The notes under the pieces: model-generated | Told to the model about the DNA's origin: nothing | The model's input: only the letters and a program-made list of their open reading frames with translations | Databases searched by the model: none | Program-made: the position numbers and the translations under genes | Shown here: positions 27,011-40,982 of the stretch, piece after piece | Layout: each line of letters starts with the position of its first letter | Numbering within the stretch: position 1 is the stretch's first letter | Assembly: GCA_964106915.2 (NCBI GenBank) | Contig: OZ066917.1 | Length of the DNA stretch: 64,000 bases | Strand: one strand, 5' to 3' | Source of the DNA: Podarcis gaigeae | Lineage: Eukaryota

Positions 27011-30000
27011 GTGGTCCCTTTGCTCCTCAAGCCTCTCTTCGAAACCTGCTCCCTGCTTCCTTTATTTAGTGCTGAATAAATATCAAATACGAGTGCTGTA
27101 GAGCACTGTGTGGAGGGATAGTGGCATCTCATTCGCTACAGTGGGGTGAATGAATTGAATTGCCATGCCTGGATTGGAGGGCTTTTATTTATGCATGAAA
27201 ATATAATAACTAGGCTGGTGTGACAGCGTTGTCTCTATAATGTCTTGAGACCAACCAACACCCCCTACAATAATGATAGTAACTTAATACAAAATGATAC
27301 AATCAATAATGGAACGTTGGAATGGCAGGAGTAACTGGCAGCAGTGAATTCGAAGCAAGGAAAGTACCTTTAACTTCACCCTGGAGTAGCAAATGGTGTA
27401 AAATAAATAAATAAAACGTCCACTCAAATATTTACATAGAGATTGGCAGGAAGCATTTCATTTGAAGTGGCAGTGGTGAATTATAATGACATTAATTCTA
27501 ATTGAGATCCTTTCTTTCTAGTCTTCATGCTATAATCTTATGCTGTTTTGACAAGTCTTTCAACAAATAAAGTCATTCATTTTATTTATATGCAGCATTT
27601 CCCACAAATACATTGGTTCCCAAAGCAATTCACAGAAAATAAGCAGTCTTTAAATCCAATGGTACAAGAAGAGCACAGAATAAAAACAATAATATCACCA
27701 CAACATAACCCTAATAATTCCATAATTAACAGTTTGCGTGAAATATATCAAAGAATATTCCACTGTAGACTGTTATCCCACCATTATTCCTAGCTAGATC
27801 CTTCCTTCCATTTGCACTACATAGGAGTGAGTGTTGTTGCTTATGTATCTCAAATGACATCACCTTTGGAAAAAAAGGACGGTATGAGCCCACTTGGGGA
27901 AAGCCCAAGGTTTGAAGAAGAAGTCCAAAAAGTATTTATGTGGGGGGACATAAGGAGAGGAAACCCCAAAGGCACCCCGATGAGCACTGAGCATGCTCAG
28001 CCACCTTGGAATGCTGACTTGACTTGGAGGGAAGAAATGGAATGGAATAGGCTAGAATATCTTGGGAGAGCAGAGTGCATGGCTGATACGTTGCAACAAT
28101 GAACAGGAGCATTCCACACTACAATGTTTTGATCTTGGTACCGCTCCTTTCCCCTGTTTCTAATGTTTAGGCCTGAGTGATGTTGCCTGTTTAGCCATAG
28201 GTAACTGATATGGGAAGCATCATCATCTTGCGCAATGCCAAGGTTTGCAGAAGTACAAAACATGTTTAGTGGGGTGGGAGCCCCATGAGCATGTTCAGTG
28301 GTTGTGGAATACTGACTGACTAATCAGCAAGGGAACAGGGAACTGAGGTTTGTCTGTGAATGACTAACTGGGACAGTAAACAGGAGCACTCTGCACTGCA
28401 ACTTTTTTTTGCAGGTCCCACTTGTACTTGTCATTCTAATGTGGGATTGCCATTCCTTTTCAAAATCGAAAGAGAATCATTCCACCACAGGCAATTTCAT
28501 TCACTCTAGATTTTTTTTTTGAAAGTTGCTTATTCCACACTAGAGTCCAGACAGCTTCGTTCCACATACATTGTACTCTAGACACCATCAATCTATCCTC
28601 ATTTGCTATGCTTGTCGTGCCTTTTCATCATTCCTCCTTCTTTTTTTTAATATGCCCCAGAGGCCTCTGAATCCCTAGTAGACTTAAATCAATTTTCACA
28701 GTTTTGAAATCAATCCATTTTCCAGTTCACCCCCACACTTGTTCTCTCCCCCCACCCACTTCTCTTTTTAATTTGGCTGCATTCATTTCTCTAGCAATTT
28801 GTTCAGACAAAACCCAAAACCAAACACTTTCAGGAGTACGATTAAATCTGCAGTGCTTGTTTGGGAGTGATTCCAACTTGGCTGAGAGGCATGCTAGGTT
28901 TCATGTCATGTAAGCAATAAACACTTCACTGTGCAAACGGTTGCTTCCTTTGAATGTATGGCCCAGGCAGTCTTTTATAAGGGATTCTAACTCATCTTTG
29001 AAATGTGTGATTTGACCTTCACAACACCCCAGATCACATGCAAAGAAGAAATGTCTGCTAATCAAACTGCTGAGGCTTGGCTTGTCATAAACTCTGTATT
29101 TAGTGTTAGGTGAAAGAATCTTCCCCAAACATACTTGATCAATGCTGTGTGGTTTCTTCTTTTTATTTTATTTTAAAGGCTTGTCACAATCTGCTTCAGT
29201 TCAGATGAACCATTATTTCTAGGTCAATAATGAATCCTTTTGGGCAGGGGGGAGGAGAGCAAACATAAAGAATAGCAAAGAAAACAAGAGGCGAAGGAAT
29301 GCGTTTGAAGCCAACAGTTTCCAGCTGTTAGTCTTGATTCAAATGTAATTATTTTCTAAAAGAACTAAAGAAGAGACACGAAATTATGTTTCTGGGTCAG
29401 GGTTTGCAATGAAGTATGCAACTAATTCATTCTAAGGCACAAACATGCTGTAGCTGTTTTCTTCACCATGGTAATGTATTTTCTTCACCGTGGTAATATA
29501 TCACGAGAATGTATTCTGAACCACATTGCCTAGACATGTACCATATATTCGGGCAGACCTGGATTATTCAAGGCCAGGACAACAGGATCATCACCACTAC
29601 CTTGGGACACATCAATGAAGCACTGTCACACATTCCTAAAGTGTGCAGAAGAAATTGTATTCCTCACATCTGTGTTTTTCCCTTTCCCTGGTGAGCTCAT
29701 GAGAGTGTATGTAGAGTCTTTTTATTTTATCACCACAACTGTTCTGTGAAGTAAATTCCAAAGAAGGTAGCAAATGTTATGTTGCACCCAAAGCAGAAAA
29801 AGGTCCTCTGGCACTTTAATGACTCACACACAATATTCAAGTAGGTAAATGAAATTTAGGTTCATAGGAGCCCCGACAGAGGGAATCAACCCTGCCAAAT
29901 TTGAGATGGGTAGCTCCAGAAGTTTTCATGTTAGCCACCTTTAAAGTTGACTTGGTCCCCACCTGTTTCTCTCTCTTTTTTAAAATACATTTTGAATGCA

Positions 30001-32479
30001 TATATGTTCCAGTTCATGAAGAGTCTAGTAAAAGTTATCTGAATCATGCAATTGCAATTGTATAAATATTCATTTTCTTCTTCTTCTGCATTCCTTTGCC
30101 TGTTGGTTTTCTGTAAATGGGCTGCGGATACATGATTAAGAGTTTCTGTCAAATTGTGTGTGCACCACTTCAAAAATGGTGTCTGTTCTGCAAGTTGAAC
30201 TTGAATATGGATCGGTGTTAACCTACAGAAAACTAATGCAATGGAAAATAAAAGATCTGCTCATCTCTACATTGAAAACACTTAACCACATTGTTTCTCA
30301 GTACAGGCCACCTTGGTCCAATACAAATTCACCAGTTTCTGAATACTCTGAACCATCCGGCTTGAGGATCATGCACTGGATTTAAAATCTGGTTTAGACT
30401 TCTAGTCTTCTAATACTTTAGAAATGTCTTGGGGTAAAACATCCATTTATACTCAGGAATTACCCTGTGCTGGTATTAAAAAATGTTTCTTAAAAACTGA
30501 AGGTTGAAAGAAAGAAAATAAGGGCATTGGTTTATTTACTGTCTGGTAAAATTTCAATTAGTATGTTACAAGACATTGATCCATAAGCCTACCAGACTGC
30601 TGGGCTAATCTCAGCATTCATTCTACCTGATGATAATTATTAATTACAACATGAAAATATAATTAGAAAATGAGGAAGGAATTATAAAATGATAAAAAAT
30701 ATTCTTGGGCCCAGCTATAATATAAACAATAATCCCGGGCTACACAGATGTCCACAGTAAAGGTTTAATGCTTCCCCTGGTTATTCTGGAAAGGGTAATA
30801 GCTAATAGCAGTAGCAATAAACCTTTCTTAGTTGAGTAGATAATAATATGGGCCCAATCTCATCTGCATCCCTTTAACAACTGAGGTAGCATAAAAGAAA
30901 AGAAAATTTCCAGGCTGCAACCCCAAATCCCAATGCCAATGGATGGCATGGTGCGGGTTGGGGGACAGGATTCTGCACAGTGACCTCTGCTGGTGGTGGA
31001 GAGGACCACCAGAGGTGGGGGTTCACTATGGTGGAGGCCTGTGCTCCCCCTGAGTAGGCAGAAAGCTACCAGTGACAGGTCTCCCACTTGTGGTAGCCAG
31101 TACAAAGTCCTGATAGAGTGCTAGAAGCTTTAAGGTCCACAGCTGGCACAGCAAAAATCTGCCCTCCCATTCAGCTCTGGCCAACAGGAGCTGGTGGGGC
31201 TTTGGATGCAGCAATAGCTCCTCTTCTCCAAACGTCCCCAGTGTTAGTAAAGATTGCACTTCTCCATCATTTTCCCCTCTGAAAATTCCATTCTGTGTTT
31301 TTTGCAAATAGCCATATAGAACAGGAGTTGTATTTCCTGAAGGAGATGTTTCCACAGGCTAGGAGATCATCCTTCAGAGGAGAAACCAGTGCAAATGAAG
31401 CAACATCCTAGCCTGCAGCTGAAAACTGGTCCAGTTAATTCCTTTGTTCAGTTAATTCCTTGTTGCTGTGAATTTAGCTTTAACCTTTCCTGATCTGCAT
31501 AGCTGCTGCCTGATATTGGCAATCCTCAGCCAGCATTATAGACCAGTGGGGACATAGGCGGATGCTGCTCTGGATCGATCCTAAACTAGAAGTGTTTTTA
31601 TCTTGTCCCTGCCAAAACAAGACAAGTGTATAATGCACAGCGCAGTGGAAGGCAGCAGTTGATTAAGATGCTACACATTGTGAAAATGACGGTTATCTGA
31701 GAAACAGAGATGATGCTGATGCATTTATCCTGCAGCAAAGAGAAGGAGCTTGTGATTATGAGGACTCTTTATTATCTGCTGACATTATATTACCCCGCAC
31801 AGCCAAGTGAGTCACCACGAACCCTCCAAGCCAACGCACTTGAGGAACTGGCTTAATTTTGCTCTTTGTTGCCTGTTAGAATTCTGTTCACATTGAATCT
31901 TGGAATCTTTTCCTGAAATTGTTTCTGCTTGTATGGCTGACAGAGTGTGTTTCTTCACTCATAGTTTGAGACTTCACGCGTGCCTGGAAGCAGGCTAGAA
32001 CAGGAATCTATTTGTTACTGATGGAATTGATGTTGTTGCTGCTGTTTTATTATTTTCAATTTTTTGCTTGTTTATGGGGCCTTGAATTCATTTGTTGTGC
32101 CAATTGCTACAGATGAGACAGTCTCTGAAAAGCAACCAGCTTACTTGAAGTTCCTTTTAGGCCCATAAAGATAGTGCCTCCTAATCCTTCTAGTTGGATG
32201 GTGGCTCCAATCAATGCCATTCGAAGTACAAAATCAGCACTTTGTTAAAATGTCATTATTGGAAGGAGTGGTTTTACAAGACAAAAATAAAAACCCAAGA
32301 CCTGCAGCCACATTCCTGCATCCCCAGACTCATTCCATGGTTCTGCCCTCGTATTCCAGTCTCCTCTTGTATAAAGGAAATGATAAAAGATACACTTCCA
32401 CACATAGTCTTTCCCCATCCAATGTTCACAGGGGAGGTAGTACGTAACAATTCTTCTGAGTGCACTGCACTCCACCGCT

Positions 32480-32632
32480 TCTCAATGGTGGTAGACTCTC
32501 CTTCGCAAGAATTTTTTAAGCAGAGGTTGAATGGCCATCTGTCAGAGATCCTTTAGCTGTGATTCCTGCATTGCAGGGGGTTGCATTACCCTTGGTATCT
32601 ATTCCAACTCTACAATTCTGTGCTTCTATGTT
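32480..32632 (+). mobile_element. CR1 3' end
   Basis: GTGGTAGACTCTCCTTC...TTTTTAAGCAGAGGTTGAATGGCCATCTGTC...TTCCAACTCTACAATTCTGTG. Confidence 0.8.
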
Positions 32633-32754
32633 TGAGCCAATAGGAGTAATTGCTGGACTATGGCCTGTGTGCAAGATGTGTGCAAGATGACACTACCAGG
32701 CTCTTGGTATCAATGCAAAAGTTTTACCTTTTGTTTTACCTTAGTTTTACCTTT

Positions 32755-32885
32755 ACACAGATAGGCAACCTGTAGTCCTCCAGATGTTTCTGGGTTCTAA
32801 CTCCCTCCGCCCTAGCCAGCATGACCAATAGTCAAAGATGGTGGCAGTTATAGGCCAACAACATCTGGAGGGCTACAGGTTATTA
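32755..32885. mobile_element. Palindromic hAT-like MITE (related copy at ~60848-60972)
   Basis: Inverted arms AACCTGTAGTCCTCCAGATGTT ... AACATCTGGAGGGCTACAGGTT. Confidence 0.7.
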
Positions 32886-34564
32886 TTCATATTAGACTTA
32901 AACCTTGTACCTTTCTCCAAAGAAGCGCAGAATGGCAACTTGTCCATACTTGGACTACCTTGGACTTGGACTACTGTGTTAATAGCTTTGGTCCACAAAA
33001 GCTTATGCCACAGTTGGAGATCGACCCCACAGTCTTACAATTATAGCTATGAGAAGTTCAGTAAAAAATGTATAATGTTCTTTTTTTTTTTTTAGTTCAG
33101 GGCCCCTCTGCCAAGCACCCAATTTATCGTTCTTTCAAATGAGCAGGTAGCTTTATTATTACAGTGCAGCTGCACATAGCTGTCAAAGAACCTTACGTTC
33201 ATTAACTATAGTGTCAGTAATATCTAGTATATACAAGAAAAATCCTGTTATCCAATGAAGAGAGCAGTAGGCCAACGGTGTGACTAAGCAGTTTTCAGAA
33301 GTGTGGTTTTCAGAGGTTACAGCAATCACTAAATGAAAGAAAATGTTATAGGCTATGTGATGGATTAAAGAAAAAAATCCTTCATTCTTTTTATTGCTTT
33401 TTTTGACCAAGTGGACCTGCATATGAAGGAAACGGAGGGATATAGTGAAACTTCAAAGCTTCCCCCAACGGTACTCTTTCCTAATGAGTTAAAAAACCAT
33501 AGGGCATATAAGATTTCCTTTAGTTCTCAGTCTGCAGTGAATGACTGACAATGCCCTCATTTCCATCATTACTGGTAAAGGACAGAATGAGAGACAATCC
33601 ATGAAATTTTGTATTTCTACAGGCTGCAGAAAAATCACACCCAACTGACAATATCTGATCCTTAGTTCAGCTGCACAAGGAAAGGTACACCAGAAATATG
33701 TGTCTGTTTCTGGCAGTGTTCGGTCATCAAGAAAGTCCTAGACAAGTATACAAGTAACAAGTATTAGCTAGATCTGAGCCACCATTTCTGAAAAGAGTTT
33801 TCAGTGACAATTTTTGATATTTTTAAAAATAGAAACTTGGAAAAATACAGAATTTTGCAGAATTTTCTTCAAATATTCTCTGTGTAATTTGTTTGTTTGT
33901 GACAGCTGCCATTCTACACCCACAATTCCCTGGATCAATGCTAGGTTTGGAACATTGTGAAAGGTGCAAAATGCTGGGTGATGGTGTCAACAATGTTCTT
34001 TTCCTAAGCAAAAAGAAAACAAAGAGTTGTGCCTCTGCTAATGGTGAGCTCAGTCCCCAGCAAATTCTTGAAGAATTTATCCTCCCTATAGAAAAATATA
34101 GATGAATTGGTCTACTCTCCCAACCATTTCCCTGTCCACAAATAGGGTGGAGAATTTCTAAAAGCCATTTACACCAAGCAAGTTCTAGAAAGAACTGTGG
34201 AACAAAGAAGAAAGAGGATTAATGTCTTCTGTTCCACTGTAGCAAGAATAGACAATGTGGTGTCCTCCAGAATTTGTGTGACTCTAAAGCCGCAGCCAGG
34301 GTTGTTAGCTATCTCTGCAGTGTGATCCAATTGGGTTTCAGACTCTTCAATTCTTCTGAGTTATCTCAGTTGTCCAAATCATTGTAGTTCCACATGCAAC
34401 CTTCACGTGGAGGTACCAAGTCACACAAATCAAGTGTGTGTGCTACTGGGATCAGCAATGCCATCTGAATGTTTTCAAGAGACAGACATGAATCAGCCCT
34501 CAGTAAATAGCAAACATTCATTAATATGGAATTCCATCTGCACAAATCTAAAAGGATCAGGATT

Positions 34565-34565
<1 letters not shown>

Positions 34566-34652
<87 letters not shown>
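34566..34652 (+). repeat. Compound (CA)n(GA)n microsatellite
   Basis: About 15 CA units followed by about 27 GA units. Confidence 0.95.
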
Positions 34653-34658
<6 letters not shown>

Positions 34659-36129
34659 CACTGATGGGGAGTATACAGGAGCAGATAAACCTATTACTAG
34701 CTTGTAAAAAAGAGAATATGGTGTGTTTGTTATTGATTTGCTTCAGATGAGAACCAGAGGGGACAAATGAAATTAAGAGTCAGTCTGACATGAACAGAAG
34801 TTGCAGGCCTTGCAAATTTCACTCTGGGGATGGATAAACATTATTAAAGTGGCCATTCTTCCATATATAATCTATGGTATTTGAGCTTGCTAGTGATAAT
34901 TCCACATAAATACTTCATTAGGATTGATCAGATACTTAGGAACTTTTTATGGGTCCACAGGATAGGCCATGGTGGGCTTACTTAAAATTACAAGCTACGA
35001 GCCCAGAAAGGAGGCTATAGTTTTCTGAAAATGAATTTATATCATGTGACATTCATTTCATCACATGGAATGGGACAGACTATTAAAAAGTATTGATGAC
35101 CAGCTAAGTTCAGGTAGACTTAGCTTTTATTAAACCATTAGAAGGTCTCTTCTCCACCTGCTTCTTTTTCTATCAATCCTCCTTAAGACCACCCCAACCC
35201 CCACACACTGATGCTGCATAGCAGACGACTGCTAGGAATTTGTTTCTACAACAATCTTCTGACTTGTTTTTCCCCATGTGTGTAATCCTGAAATACATAT
35301 AGTCAGAGAAACATTCTTGAAAATAGGCAGGTATTACATGTTTCTTTTCTTTCTTTCTTTTTGTGCGTGTGCACATCTATAGATAGGATAGGGAGACAGG
35401 AAAATACTCATCCCTTCCACCAATCACAGTTTCCTGGGACAGTTTTCAACTAAACAGTTGCGCTGGATTAGTGCTAGTGCAAAAGCTTTCCCTGCCCTGC
35501 CCTACTATTCTCACCCATGTACCATCTGGGGAAACCTCAGAACTCTCTGCCTGCCTGTCTTCTTGCTTAAATCCATTCCAGGGGGTGGCAATGCCTGTGT
35601 TGCCCTTGTAGAGATCAGCAAGGAGGAGGATGGGGAGAAAACTAGAATTGGCTGGCTTGCCTGTTTGTGGCTCTGGCTCCACCTATTGTTGGTTACTCTG
35701 CCTTCTGCCCTACAAAACCCAATGGCACCAGCTACCCACTGGGATTGGGAGAACAGAAACAGATTAATCCTTTTGCATCTTCCCTGCATTGCAAATTATT
35801 ACACATCCTCACATTTGTCTTTATTGGCAACCAGAGTATGGACTGTATTTTAGAAATGAGGAAAATTAGAATACTTTAATTGAATCTGGCACTCTGCTCT
35901 CTGGCATTTCCCCAGATAACATATATTTCTTTCTCCAATAGTTTTTTCCCCCTTCCTCTCTCCAGTTCCACCTCATTAACCTGTCTTATATATATTTTTT
36001 ATTTTGAAGACTTTACTTTGCAACTTAAGGAGAAAAGAAAATATGCTGAAGGGATGTTCTTGTGCATTTTTTTTAGTGAAATTTATTTCAACCTTTGGAG
36101 TATTTTGCTCCATGTTCTGTGTGACAGTC

Positions 36130-36200
36130 CTTCAACTATTTGAAAGTGGCTATCATATCACCCCTCAGTCTTCTCTTCTTAGCAAACACATTCTTGCCAA
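36130..36200 (-). mobile_element. CR1 ORF2 C-terminal micro-fragment
   Basis: Minus-strand peptide KKRRLRGDMIATFK matches the CR1 (E)KRRLRGD(L/M)I..FK motif. Confidence 0.65.
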
Positions 36201-38649
36201 CCCATCTCTTGCCAGAAGTCTTTCTTTGTGGAAGTGGAGACAGTGGTCCAGGAAGCCAAATCTTTCCTGATGATACAATCTGTTTACTTCCAGTGTTTTC
36301 CTTTCTCTTCCTGGGCAATAACCAAGGTCCTTTAGCTTTCTACCCAGAGTCTCAGAGTCCCTTGCAATATATTGGAGGCTGTTCTGGCAGTAGCACTTGT
36401 ACCCACACAGATCAGAAAGTAGGGGTAATGGTCAGTGGGCTTGGTGAGACTTGGCAGCTGAACATCATGTTTAAAAAGCATCAAGCAAAACTACTTTCCA
36501 CCTTCATCTATACCAGTTTGCCCATACTTTGAGATGCGCCACAGCTTGTGTGCCCGCAGGACATAGCCCTTTTAAACTATGACCTCAGACCTTTGGAACT
36601 CTGTTCTAGTTGAAATGCATCCCATCATTGCAGGCATTCTAGTAGGTTCTAAAGACCAACTTGTAAACAGCCTTTTCTTGAATGCAGATCTTCTTAGTCT
36701 GTTGTGTATATGGACAGTGCTAATATCTGATTGACTTACTAGACTGAATCCTTGTATTTTGGTTGTATTTTTAATAGGTTTTTTATGTTTTATGTTTTCA
36801 AACTTGTATTGATTTCAAATTGTGAATTTATGTGTTGAAAGCTGCCTTGGGTTTGACCCTAAAAGTCAGTCTATACACATTATAAATAATTAAAAAGCAA
36901 TATAATGATAAATGCATCAATGAAAACATATTTGGTTCCTTATGGGAGATGAATGGTATAGTAAGTCAATGGTTTTCAAACTGTATCCTGGTGAGCCCTA
37001 GGATTCCTCAGAAGCTTGCCAGGAATTCGTCAATGAGCAGATCAGTATGGCGGATAAGTTACCCAGAAAGACAGCAAACCCAATCACTACTGATATTCCC
37101 TGTGCAAAGTGCAGCTGCGGCAGGTGGTTTTTAGGCATGTGAGATCATAGTCCATGGGGAGTGACTGTCATGGGGGCTACAATGAGGTCCACCAACAGGT
37201 CCAAGAACAAAGTGCAGAAATGGTTCTGCTTCACCACCAGAGGCAACCACCACTTGTTTCAGATTAGTTCTATAGCAATCAATAGAATTGTCCCGGGATA
37301 TGTGGATTTGCAACTCAACGCTAACGTGGGGTATTTTTAAGCACACAATAGAACTAAAACTATACAAAGACTTGAAAGATTTCCCCACCCCATGCAATAA
37401 ATCACAGGAACATTACATAAATGTGCTAACGTCAGCCTCCAGTGATATGCTGATCATACCTGACACGTCACTTCTCACTAAAATGAAACAGTGAGATTAT
37501 GCCCCAAATGGAGAAAAAATGCTTTTGATGGCAACTTTATAGGGAGACATAATATTATACAGGTCACATTTAAGGGCAACCTTTAATAGGGTGTGCTGGT
37601 AATGAGGGGAAGCAGCTGAACATTTTATAACAGTCTTGCTGAACGTTGCATGTATGAGACCTTACAGAAGAATTAAGAGATAATGGGACAGTTGAAAACA
37701 CAAGGGAACTGGCTTGTCAATTCATCTTCCATAAGCCCCGATCATCCACTAATGAAAGTTGTAACTCCAGAGTGTAAAAACCATAGAGACAAAGCAATAT
37801 GATTTTTTTGGCAGCAGAAAAGGAGGCATTGTATCAAATTGTACAGATAAAAATTGGGGGTTGAGGAAGCATCTAAGAACAAAGCGGTGAAACTATCCTC
37901 ACATTAGGATTTCTTCTTTTTAACATTGGGATCATGAGCTGAGAGAGAAGAGAAGAACAGAAAATCTTTAAATCTGGCAAGGCATGAAGGCAAATAAACA
38001 GCAAGGGCAGAGTAGATGGTGTTTTGAGACAGCATGAAGGTCACCTGGAGTTAAGGAGGTGCAATATGATGGCAAGAAACTAGTGAGAAGAAAGTTTGTT
38101 TACAGGATCTGCAATTGAAAGCTGTCAAATCAGAATTTTTGAAAAAATTATGTCTACTTGATTCCAACATGTGGTAAACATTTATTTCCTCCACCCTGCA
38201 ACATAGGGCTTGTTGGGTGCAGGAGGATCAAACTGTTTGAAGTAGTGAGAACATATGCAGCTTGTGACCCTAATGGATGGACCACCGTTCCTTTACTCTC
38301 TCTTCTCCCGCCTAGGCTATGAAGTGGAACTTCATTTTGACCCACAACTGGAAGCTGGCCAAAGGAGCCATGGAGGAATAGGAATAGGAATAGCACAGTG
38401 GTTTCACCCTCCACCCACCTTGCCCAATTGCGTCCATGCTTTTAAAAGAGTAGGGATGATTTCCAGATTTATAGCTGGCGTTCCTACCTACCTGTGAGAG
38501 TCAGGTTCCAAGCACTGATGTGAGGAAGGGTCCAGGACAGTCTGGCCTGGGTTGCTGCAAGCCTACTACCGGAAGGAGAAAATTGTAGATGACAGATTTG
38601 CCATAGTCAGACTTAAGATGTATCTGAAGAGGGTCCAGACCCTCCAGAG

Positions 38650-38688
38650 CACACACACAAACACACACACACACACACACACATACAC
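38650..38688 (+). repeat. Interrupted (CA)n microsatellite
   Basis: Seen directly in the sequence. Confidence 0.9.
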
Positions 38689-39049
38689 AGAGGGCAGGGG
38701 CATGCCTCACAAGCTTGCAGAAGAAACAAGGGCTTGAGAACCAGAAAGGTATGTGCCAACCAATGTGACATGCTGTCTACAAGGTTCCTTCCGGCAATTT
38801 CTATCCGTAGGCAGAAGGAGCCAACAGGGTCTGTCAGCAAGTGGGACTGACAAGCACTATAATAATTAGAAATGTGGAAGCCACAGAGTGGGAGTGGAGC
38901 TACTGAAATGATTTATTGACCCAGAACATGAGTAAGCAAATGGGGCTCTGGTTCTGAAAAACACCCAAATATTCCCCATAATGCTGCACACTGTGCATAT
39001 TGTGTTTTCATGCAGTAACCCACCCTGTGACATTAGGGTGAAGAGTGGG

Positions 39050-39285
39050 TAATATAATATAATATAATTAATATAATATAATAATTATTTATTGAATTTA
39101 TGTACCGCCCTATACCCGGAGGTCTCAGGGCGGTTCCCATAAAAATATCATAATATATAAAATAAAAATAAAAGCAATAACCCAATAATACACCGCCCCG
39201 CAAAAAAGAGCCACATTTTAAAAGGGTATGGGATGTTGATCAGGTCAACCAAAAGCCTGGTTAAAAAGGAATGTTTTTGCCTGGT
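39050..39285 (-). mobile_element. Young L2 LINE 3' end running into an assembly gap
   Basis: The minus strand reads QAKTFLFNQAFG* (L2 ORF2 end KT.LF..AF), then GAACCGCCCTGAGACCTCCGGGTATAGGGCGGTACATAAAT and an AT-rich microsatellite tail. Confidence 0.8.
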
Positions 39286-39495
39286 NNNNNNNNNNNNNNN
39301 NNNNNNNNNNNNNNNNNNNNNNNNNNNNNNNNNNNNNNNNNNNNNNNNNNNNNNNNNNNNNNNNNNNNNNNNNNNNNNNNNNNNNNNNNNNNNNNNNNNN
39401 NNNNNNNNNNNNNNNNNNNNNNNNNNNNNNNNNNNNNNNNNNNNNNNNNNNNNNNNNNNNNNNNNNNNNNNNNNNNNNNNNNNNNNNNNNNNNNN
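39286..39495. other. Assembly gap (210 N)
   Basis: N run. Confidence 0.98.
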
Positions 39496-39524
39496 TTGTG
39501 ATATTCCTCAAACTTGTTCATAAG

Positions 39525-39655
39525 CCTAAGGGGCAAGTCATCATTTGCCCAACCTCAGATTCATATCTATAATGTTGAGATAATGACAGCAGCTTACCTT
39601 ACAGGATTGTTTTTCTAAAAAATATTGTATATGAAGTGATTTGAATACTGAAAAA
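39525..39655 (+). mobile_element. Ancient MIR/CORE-SINE fragment
   Basis: GGGCAAGTCA...CCTCAG.TTC..ATCTATAA...GATAATGA...TACCTTACAGGATTGTT resembles the CORE domain. Confidence 0.6.
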
Positions 39656-39667
39656 TATTGATGTAAT

Positions 39668-39806
39668 CAGGGCTGGGTTTGTTAAGGCCAAACTCATTGG
39701 AACTCAATTCCAGCCCCTCTCTGGTAGGCACCATTGCCATTTTAAGAGAACAAAGGAGGAATTCATGGTGAGTTCCAGCACCTCTTTTTCTAGAAAAATA
39801 GTACTG
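39668..39806. mobile_element. hAT-type MITE related to 17773-17902
   Basis: Shares the right end GAGT.CCAGCA.CT.TTTTTCTAG.AAAA...ACTG. Flanks GATGTAAT and GATGTATT match at 7/8. Confidence 0.75.
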
Positions 39807-40794
39807 GATGTATTTTTTTTAAATCAGAACTTTTATTCAAAAGTTTTAAAGTTGTTACTAACAGTCATAACATAGCATACGTATAAACAAGGAATAAATG
39901 CTAAGCCTTATTATGCAATGCTGTGTAGATGAGAACAAATGTGAGGTAAGGCCACCTGCAGAGAAACAGAAACGATAATATTAAAGCAAAAAATTGCTCT
40001 TCTTTTCTCAGCTGTCACTTTTCTGTCTCAGAATCAAATACATGCTCCCTTCATAATCCAGTAAAGATTAATAGTTTTGCCTTTGGAGGACTGTTTTGAT
40101 ATGGTAAAATTGTAACTTGCAACCACCGGATAGACCGGCAGAAGGTATTTCTATTGTGTTAAACTGTGCATGCCTGTCCCACCCGCTCAATTCCATTCCA
40201 AGGCAATGGGGTTTAGCATGACTGCAATAACCTTGCTATATCCAGAATAAATCAGATGATCCAATTTGGTGTGCATGTTGAAAAATGGCTTGCTTATATG
40301 CAAATTATATTAGATGTATTAATCTTTAATGCCCAAAACCAAGACAGCTAAAAATTGCTTATTTGGCCTGAAATTTGAAAACATGAGAGATTGTATTTAT
40401 TGGAATATATTTTACATCACAATTACATCTCCAACTCTAGGGAAGCACACCAGAGAATCTATCCTTGTGGCAGCAAATGAGTCCTACACTCATTTCTCGG
40501 CAGCAACTTAGAAGGCATATTAGAACAAACCCTGGGGGTTTTAATGTTAGTTTGGTGGACAATAAAATGACTTTGGGCATACTCTTGCTATCCATGTGTG
40601 GAGGGCAAGGATATGGAAGGTCCTACCATGCTGAGTACACAACCATATGCAAGACCATGGCAGAGCAGCAAGATGTCCAGTCCTCCCACTGGAGCATCAG
40701 GACATCATAAACTCATGTGATAAACGTGCCAGGAGCAGAAGTAAGCGCACCACACACATGGGCCAATGCTGCTTCCCACCCCAAGAGCACAGTG

Positions 40795-40982
40795 GTAGAA
40801 AACTGCCTTGTATTGACTCAGATTGTTGGTCCATCTACCTCAGGAGTGTCTGCACAGACTGGCAGCAGCTCTTCAGAGTTTCAGAGAAGGAACATCTCCA
40901 GCCCTACCGGGGGATGCTAGGACCTAAACCAAGAACCATCTGCATGCGAAGCAGATGTGCTGCCACAGAGCTTTGGCCCTTC
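40795..40982 (-). mobile_element. tRNA-derived SINE (Squam2-like)
   Basis: Reverse strand reads GGGCCAAAGCTCTGTGGCAGCACATCTGCTTCGCATGCAGA.GGT...GAGCTGCTGCCAGTCTGTGCAGACA...GTAGATGGACCAA. Confidence 0.75.

Noticed and set aside
34366-34750. ORFs with (SL)n, (HT)n and (ER)n runs
   Set aside because: These are translations of the (CA)n(GA)n microsatellite.
39233-39536. ORFs spanning X runs
   Set aside because: Artefacts of the N gap.
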